Part shown: in pieces, positions 59,401 through 64,000 of the stretch | Layout of the letters: the number at the start of each line of letters is the position of its first letter | Numbering within the stretch: the stretch's first letter is position 1 | From: a virus | Lineage: Duplodnaviria; Caudoviricetes | DNA: 64,000 nucleotides | Direction: 5' to 3' (one strand) | IMG/VR virus record: IMGVR_UViG_3300032328_000860 | Span: 1-64,000 of that record | Notes under the pieces: generated by a model | The model's input: only the letters and a program-made list of their open reading frames with translations | Told to the model about the DNA's origin: nothing | Databases searched by the model: none | Program-made: the position numbers and the translations under genes

Positions 59401-60757
59401 TGACTGTTGGCGTAACCGTTTCTGTTGGTGTGACTGTTGGTGTAGTTGTTGCTGTTGGTGTGACTGTTGGTGTAGTTGTTGCTGTTGGTGTGACTGTTGG
59501 TGTAGTTGTTGCTGTTGGTGTGACTGTTGGAGTTGGAGTATTACTACTAGTTGGCGTTATTGTTATAGTCGGTGTGACTGTGGCCGTTATCGTAGGCGTA
59601 GTTGTTGGTGTTGTTGTAATAGTTGGCGTGATAGTATTTGTTGGTGTTGGTGTTGGGGTTCGTGAAGGATCTATTTGCCAAGAATTAATAATTACTCTAC
59701 CATTGTCCACCATCCCCGCACCATCAAAAAAAGCATTTCCTATTGCTATGTATTCACCATTATCACTCAAGCTAACATGTGTGCCGGCTATCATAACAGA
59801 GCCTCGTAGCACAGCTGTAGCACTTGTTATATCATATACAAAAGTGCCGTTAGTAGCGCTTAGAGCTACGAAAGAACCAGAACCATTTAAGCTTATACTA
59901 GGATTCAACTTAGAGACAGACTGAAGGCTAATAATAGAAAATCCTGCCCAATTAGCACCATTCCATTGGTATTTATAGTAATCTGCTAACTGAGGCATAC
60001 TACCACCGACAGTATATTCAAATCCAAAAAACATAGTATTGCCATCATTACTAAGCTCTACTTGCTTAATAATATATGCAAAGCCAACGGATCCTTTAGC
60101 TACCCAATTAGCACCATTCCAGGCAAAAGCTCTAACCACGCCATAACCAGGAGTGGTCTGTAAAGCAGAATAGGCTACAGTAAAACCATCGCTGCTCAAA
60201 GATACTGATGATAACCCACTATCTCCATAAGAAGAAAGGTTAATAGTCCCTAATGGCATCCAGCTATTGCTACTAGATTCCCATGTGAATACTTTTATTC
60301 CTGTAGTACTTATGACTGCGATGGTGTTGCCGTCGCTACTAATATCCACATCTTTACCAAATTCATCACCAGAGATAGATCCGTTTATATCGTTTCCTCT
60401 TTGAATCCAATCCGTACTATTCCAATCATATACTCTAGCGCTACCGCCATTAATAGCTCCTCCATCATTAAATGGAGCGCCGATTACCAATACGGACCCA
60501 TCGCTATTTAGTTTAACACTAGATCCGTGTCTGTCACCAAGGGTTTCTCCATAAATATCAGATCCTCTCTGAGTCCAGGACAAGCCTATTCTTTCATAAA
60601 CTCTAACAGCCCCGCTATCGGAACCACCTGTATCAAAATATGGAGAACCTATTGCTAGTACTACCCCATTGTCATTTAGGCTTATGCTACTGCCAGTAGA
60701 ATCTCCACTATTAATACCGTCAATAGGATTACCAACAGCATACCAGTTATAAGACAT
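56420..60757 (-). CDS. Multidomain adhesin-like protein: FG-GAP propeller, Thr/Pro stalk, permuted FGE domain with insert, vWA-like C-terminus
   Basis: G.SISL..G..LAIG.P...GAVRVY repeats, TPTVT arrays, FGE motifs and DTSGSM. Confidence 0.8.
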   Translation of the reverse strand: MSYNWYAVGNPIDGINSGDSTGSSISLNDNGVVLAIGSPYFDTGGSDSGAVRVYERIGLSWTQRGSDIYGETLGDRHGSSVKLNSDGSVLVIGAPFNDGGAINGGSARVYDWNSTDWIQRGNDINGSISGDEFGKDVDISSDGNTIAVISTTGIKVFTWESSSNSWMPLGTINLSSYGDSGLSSVSLSSDGFTVAYSALQTTPGYGVVRAFAWNGANWVAKGSVGFAYIIKQVELSNDGNTMFFGFEYTVGGSMPQLADYYKYQWNGANWAGFSIISLQSVSKLNPSISLNGSGSFVALSATNGTFVYDITSATAVLRGSVMIAGTHVSLSDNGEYIAIGNAFFDGAGMVDNGRVIINSWQIDPSRTPTPTPTNTITPTITTTPTTTPTITATVTPTITITPTSSNTPTPTVTPTATTTPTVTPTATTTPTVTPTATTTPTVTPTETVTPTVTPTETVTPTVTPTQTLTRSITPTRTATSTVTPTTTPTVTTTPTVTPTTTVTPTVTPTQTLTRSITPTSTATPTVTPTNTVTPTVTVTNSITPTQTPTATLSPTPTPSLNLLLPGLDIDNLNKANYKKCVEWQGSTNVSSVGYNGCPSAYGTFDMSGNVWEWTSDQIGFYHGSYESYAHLLFGGSFMDSATNISKNYIHNNYGLVPGTYSSYSSLDYVGFRLASKNNPLSLPNFAQVQDNNNNPSILNDINIYGVSRNNNIWSINPNFKLASNTKTHNNFLNLDFVDGLAYDNANNILYYHYNGDGLYASGLYYSSININTNTQLSPQPLVSGSVLVSGAITNASYYDNSYWYFDNQTDDLYKINIISLSGTSYATSSEKWVVPMGLGINNDVSDISIYEGMLYGVTNKGLLYGINLNENTVPPYNNPTLLVSGIIHGAVSNTGLQIAFGNNVLYGHDISSGYWYTIDIDNDIGNTTPILLNNTEYRTVGLKDLAGSTHKAVGCVEDSYLINRLEVTNSDYTKYLNIVDPSGTFYQTSSATNGFGQPIVHPQNVYANSNSYNNGVIFDEYQDFGSKYKVKPNMDDKPVVGINWFMAARYCNWLHNLVDNPDSRHTDSGVYDLSTNENIITINPSGSYYIPSFNEMYKAAYYKGSGINSGYWTYATQSDIEPECSDVDEFGIGPWEYTSDSIFVEVNDLIPHTNYTIIFSVDKTSPYNISLDKYSYSFRASASSFSIPLLIKKHKIITSWSLNVKVLANNNEIVHYSSNINSDTTYSVICNNHNICNITRTPTPTKTPFPTPTRTVTPTPTPSLAQSIINSQDYIMVFIDESTPYSSISSDWIADVNKFNTLITNQNYDPSKIILFNVRLNSCQSMGIFPPNASPALPIPLTNVVDTPRESPPCPVTGQTLTGAFIKSKKESIWSNMPTPSSLRPIRIVIFIDTSGSMNREAIGTAVDQFKTLMIGEGYQLLEQLCNTENYLDWIYKTATGLSPC
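59208..59390. repeat. Exact 51-bp direct repeat (59208-59258 and 59340-59390) in the Thr/Pro stalk
   Basis: gtaatgcttctagttaaggtttgtgtaggagttactgttggcgtaaccgtt occurs twice, 132 bp apart. Confidence 0.9.
59371..59530. repeat. Coding 30-bp tandem repeat (about 5.3 units)
   Basis: tgactgttggtgtagttgttgctgttggtg occurs three times exactly, plus two t[g/t]actgttggcgtaaccgtttctgttggtg variants. Confidence 0.9.
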
Positions 60758-60882
60758 AAATGCTCCTTATTCCAATATGTCTATAAGCTGTAGTTGTGCT
60801 ATAAACAATATTGTCAAAGCGAATAATACCGAGTCCTGAACTAGATAACATTATAAACATCCTCTAAGTTTATTTCCTTAAA

Positions 60883-63183
60883 TTAATTACATTCTGGTCC
60901 ACATCTAACCACCACAAAACTATTAGCCTGAGAATTAGAAACAGTATTTCTAACTCTGCACTCTAAAATAGCTTGTTCTCTATTAGTCAAATTAGTAGAC
61001 ATTAATGCCATTATAGAACCCACTCCGTTTTTATTTAAAAGCAAGGTTCCGCTACTAGGAGATAAAATAATGTTTTCTGATCCAGAAATCCAGTTATAGG
61101 TATGAGATTCACCAGGAACAGCGCCTGTGATATTAGCAGCAATTAATCGTGTACCAGAACAACAATTCAATGGCAAGGTGAGTATTGGGGCACCCGAAAT
61201 AGCTACGGACAAATTGGTATCAGGCAAACAATTGTTGCAAACCACGGAAAAATCTTCGCTAATTACTGGAGCAACATCACAACTCTTAGGACGAATAGAC
61301 ATATTAAAATTAAAGAATTTTTTATTTGAATTCTTATATACACTATTGCTTCTATAATTAGAGTAAACATCTCGGTTATCTATAGCACAAGACCCGCTAG
61401 GAAAACAGAAGCTCAAATCTGTCTGTACCAATTTATTAGAAGATACTGCTAAAAATTCTCCAGATTGTTTAGATACAACCATAGGCCAATTGCCGTCTAG
61501 TCCATTAATAGTATATGTATATCTTTGTCCAGGATTTAGATTGCTCACAGTGGTATTGACCTGATAATTATTATTTCCAGGACCAGATAGTGTTTCTCCT
61601 AAAGAACCATGGTCTATAACAATCTTGGATAAGCAATCAATACACATAACCATCATGTCATTACTGCTATAAACAGCAGTGTTACAATCATCTTGTCGAA
61701 CTTCTAGTTTAAATCTAGTATGCTTATCGCTGTCAACAATAGCAGCATAACATGATTCGTCTAAACTATTGACTAAAACTCTGTCATCTGTTCTGGGGCA
61801 TAGTCCAGTAGACGAGCAAAATGTTAAAGACACAGGAATTTGAGCAGTAGATCCTTGGGCCAGAAATGATCCGCTAACAGGATATATAGTTGCTGGCCAA
61901 TTGGCATCTATGCCTTTAAAACTATATTTATAGCTTTTTCCTGGATCTAAATTAGAAAGATTAGCAATGAAGTTGCTTGTGTTTTTAGAATTTCTATCTA
62001 AAGTAGATGAAGATGGTAGTGACACTTGTACTTTTGGAATACAATCATTGCACACAGCCATTAGCTCATTACTTGTAAAAGATACCGGATTATCACAATC
62101 TAATTGAGTAACTAATAATTTGGTTCTTGCTAACTTGTCCAAGCATTGATTGTCTAACGTATATCTTAGAGTATCATCAGACGAACATACTCCCGTAGTT
62201 CTGCAGAACATTAGTTTAGTGGGAATATTAACATTAGTCATGGCTGAAGAAACTATACCGCTTATAGGATAAATACTAACGGGCCAATTAGAATCTATGC
62301 TACTAAAAACATATTGATAAGATGCTCCTGTAACCAAATCTTTTAATTCTGTGTTAAAAGATATTTTATTAGAATCATTTAACTCCAACATAGAAGGAAT
62401 GGTAGCAGAAGGCTTCTTTATACAACCACGGCATACTAAAGAAATATTGCTCTTTGTAGCTGTTTGGTATACTTTATCTCCTACCGGAGAAACACTAACT
62501 TGTAAAATAGAATATAATTCTTCGGCATTGGCACAGTTTTCTAAAGAGTTATAAGGTAAAGCTGTGCTTTCTGAACATCCGTCAACTGATGGACAAAAAG
62601 AAACTATAGCATTAATACTATAATTATCCTGTGGTGTTTGAATATATCCAGATATTGGTAATACTTTAACAGGCCAATTGGCGTCCAATCCAGTGATGGA
62701 GTATCTATACAATTGATTAGGAATTAATCCGGATATTTTTGTTGATATATTTGTATTATTGCCAGAAGCATCATCCATAACCACATTTATAGACTCTACT
62801 CCTAGTTTAGGTAAACAATCTTCACACTCTACTTCACAAGGGTATGTAAAAGCTATTTTCCCTGTGGATTTTTCTACAACAGATAGTCCCATTACAGAAT
62901 ACAGACTTTCTGGACCTATATCTAAACCAGGAATAGACATATCTGTATTAGGCATGTTAAAAAATACTGTTGGATCTGTTGGAGGACAATATCCTGTTGT
63001 GGGACAAAAATAAGCAAATGTTTTAATGCTATAAATAGCGTCCTTATTTGTTGCAAAAAACTCTCCTGATAATGGCGAAACCCTAATGGGCCAATTGCCT
63101 CCTTTATTGGTAAAAGAAAAAGAATATTGCTCGTATGGCTTAAGTCCACTAACTTTAATATCGATAGGTTTCACGTTTGACAT
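60883..63183 (-). CDS. Cys-rich repeat protein (about six 130-aa Ig/FN3-like repeats)
   Basis: Repeated unit L.PG..Y.Y....D.NWP..V.P.SG...FC...G.C...CxxC. Confidence 0.75.
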   Translation of the reverse strand: MSNVKPIDIKVSGLKPYEQYSFSFTNKGGNWPIRVSPLSGEFFATNKDAIYSIKTFAYFCPTTGYCPPTDPTVFFNMPNTDMSIPGLDIGPESLYSVMGLSVVEKSTGKIAFTYPCEVECEDCLPKLGVESINVVMDDASGNNTNISTKISGLIPNQLYRYSITGLDANWPVKVLPISGYIQTPQDNYSINAIVSFCPSVDGCSESTALPYNSLENCANAEELYSILQVSVSPVGDKVYQTATKSNISLVCRGCIKKPSATIPSMLELNDSNKISFNTELKDLVTGASYQYVFSSIDSNWPVSIYPISGIVSSAMTNVNIPTKLMFCRTTGVCSSDDTLRYTLDNQCLDKLARTKLLVTQLDCDNPVSFTSNELMAVCNDCIPKVQVSLPSSSTLDRNSKNTSNFIANLSNLDPGKSYKYSFKGIDANWPATIYPVSGSFLAQGSTAQIPVSLTFCSSTGLCPRTDDRVLVNSLDESCYAAIVDSDKHTRFKLEVRQDDCNTAVYSSNDMMVMCIDCLSKIVIDHGSLGETLSGPGNNNYQVNTTVSNLNPGQRYTYTINGLDGNWPMVVSKQSGEFLAVSSNKLVQTDLSFCFPSGSCAIDNRDVYSNYRSNSVYKNSNKKFFNFNMSIRPKSCDVAPVISEDFSVVCNNCLPDTNLSVAISGAPILTLPLNCCSGTRLIAANITGAVPGESHTYNWISGSENIILSPSSGTLLLNKNGVGSIMALMSTNLTNREQAILECRVRNTVSNSQANSFVVVRCGPECN

Positions 63184-63217
63184 ATTAGTTTCTCTGATTG
63201 TAGTTTGAGAGGAAATA

Positions 63218-64000
63218 TTATTTTATAATAACAGGACTATAGGACCCAACACAATCTGTACATGTTAATGTTACCAGATTAGATAAATACTCATTATCTG
63301 AACCGACAATTTTGGCCACCGCTTGCAATACTATAGATGGTTTATATTGGTCAAATTTATATAAACTATTATCTAGTACATATGGAAGTACACCTTTTTG
63401 ACCACTAGGAGGGCACATACTAGAATGTTTGCAAAACATTCCGTTCATCACGGCCGTTACAGTACGTGATTGTGTAGATCCTTGTTGACGGTACTCAATA
63501 CTGTTGTTTGCTACAGAAAGTGTTTCACCAGAACTCATTATCAATTCTGGTATATATGTTATATTTTGTGTATCTGGTATAACAATAAATGGCCAATCAG
63601 ATCTCAATGCTCGTAATTCATATGTACATTCTATATTAGTTGGCAAGTTTTTTAATTTAACTATAAAAGGTGTTAGTTCTTCTGCTTCACGATCAAAAGA
63701 ATTATTTGAAGCAATAGCTGTTAGTGTAAGGTATGGGTCAACAATACAGTTGTCACATCTAACTATCATGGGATTACTGTGATAAACTGGTTCAAAAGAA
63801 GCATACGATTCAACGGACACTCGTAGTATTGCCATCATATCTTTTGACTCATCACTATTTATAAAAGTAAATTCAGATGTTACTCCGGTTGGAGTTAATA
63901 TGCTAAAAGACGAAGAGTTTCCTCCATCAATCTCTGTATATGGCAAATCGCCAATAACATTTTTAGAAAATTTAATCTTAGTTGGTATGCTTATAGTGTC
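63218..64000 (-). CDS. Paralogous Cys-rich repeat protein, 5'-truncated by window edge
   Basis: Frame is open to base 64000; RCDNC, NLP....TY....SDWP, FC..CP and TCTDC. Confidence 0.7.
   Translation of the reverse strand, partial: DTISIPTKIKFSKNVIGDLPYTEIDGGNSSSFSILTPTGVTSEFTFINSDESKDMMAILRVSVESYASFEPVYHSNPMIVRCDNCIVDPYLTLTAIASNNSFDREAEELTPFIVKLKNLPTNIECTYELRALRSDWPFIVIPDTQNITYIPELIMSSGETLSVANNSIEYRQQGSTQSRTVTAVMNGMFCKHSSMCPPSGQKGVLPYVLDNSLYKFDQYKPSIVLQAVAKIVGSDNEYLSNLVTLTCTDCVGSYSPVIIK

Noticed and set aside
59371-59530. 30-bp periodic repeats as a possible CRISPR array
   Set aside because: There are no unique spacers; these are in-frame coding tandem repeats, and there is no cas operon.
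59031-59924. Long + strand Val/Gly-rich and Cys/Trp-rich ORFs (also 55193..55561)
   Set aside because: They are antisense shadows of Thr/Pro codon repeats in genuine - strand genes.
60758-60882. Intergenic gap as tRNA/ncRNA or a ~37-aa - strand ORF
   Set aside because: No cloverleaf or convincing structure, and the small ORF has no supporting features.
1-64000. Stop-codon reassignment, as seen in some large phages
   Set aside because: Genes are full length under the standard code, and TAA, TAG and TGA all terminate conserved genes.

Overview
This AT-rich, densely coding window (standard genetic code) is a segment of a large tailed dsDNA bacteriophage genome; a Planctomycete-like host is only a weak inference. 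The + strand arm (1-37.7 kb) carries, in order: (1) a Thr/Pro-rich FN3 surface protein with two 2OG-Fe(II) oxygenases and a sulfotransferase; (2) a membrane-protein cassette with a papain-like protease; (3) nucleotide metabolism genes (dCMP deaminase, class Id-type RNR, MazG-like, PhoH, dNMP kinase); (4) a bacterial-type replisome and recombination set (RecA, DnaB, DnaG, Cas4/AddB-like nuclease, DnaE, DnaQ-like exonuclease, SSB, Rad52-like annealing protein); and (5) a glycosyltransferase cluster. The convergent - strand arm (37.7-64 kb) encodes very large putative virion and adhesin proteins. Main highlights: DnaE is split into two genes without a split intein, with a proofreading exonuclease and a small Cys-rich ORF between the halves. 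Three LAGLIDADG inteins sit in active sites: one on the catalytic Cys of the protease, and two class-3 (WCT) inteins starting with Leu and Gly. Two adhesins carry circularly permuted FGE/SUMF1 (C-type-lectin-fold) domains. The glyco-operon appears to consist largely of degenerate enzymes. Two recurring promoter-like motifs are present. I saw no rRNA, tRNA or CRISPR array. All product calls come from motif recognition by eye, not from database searches.
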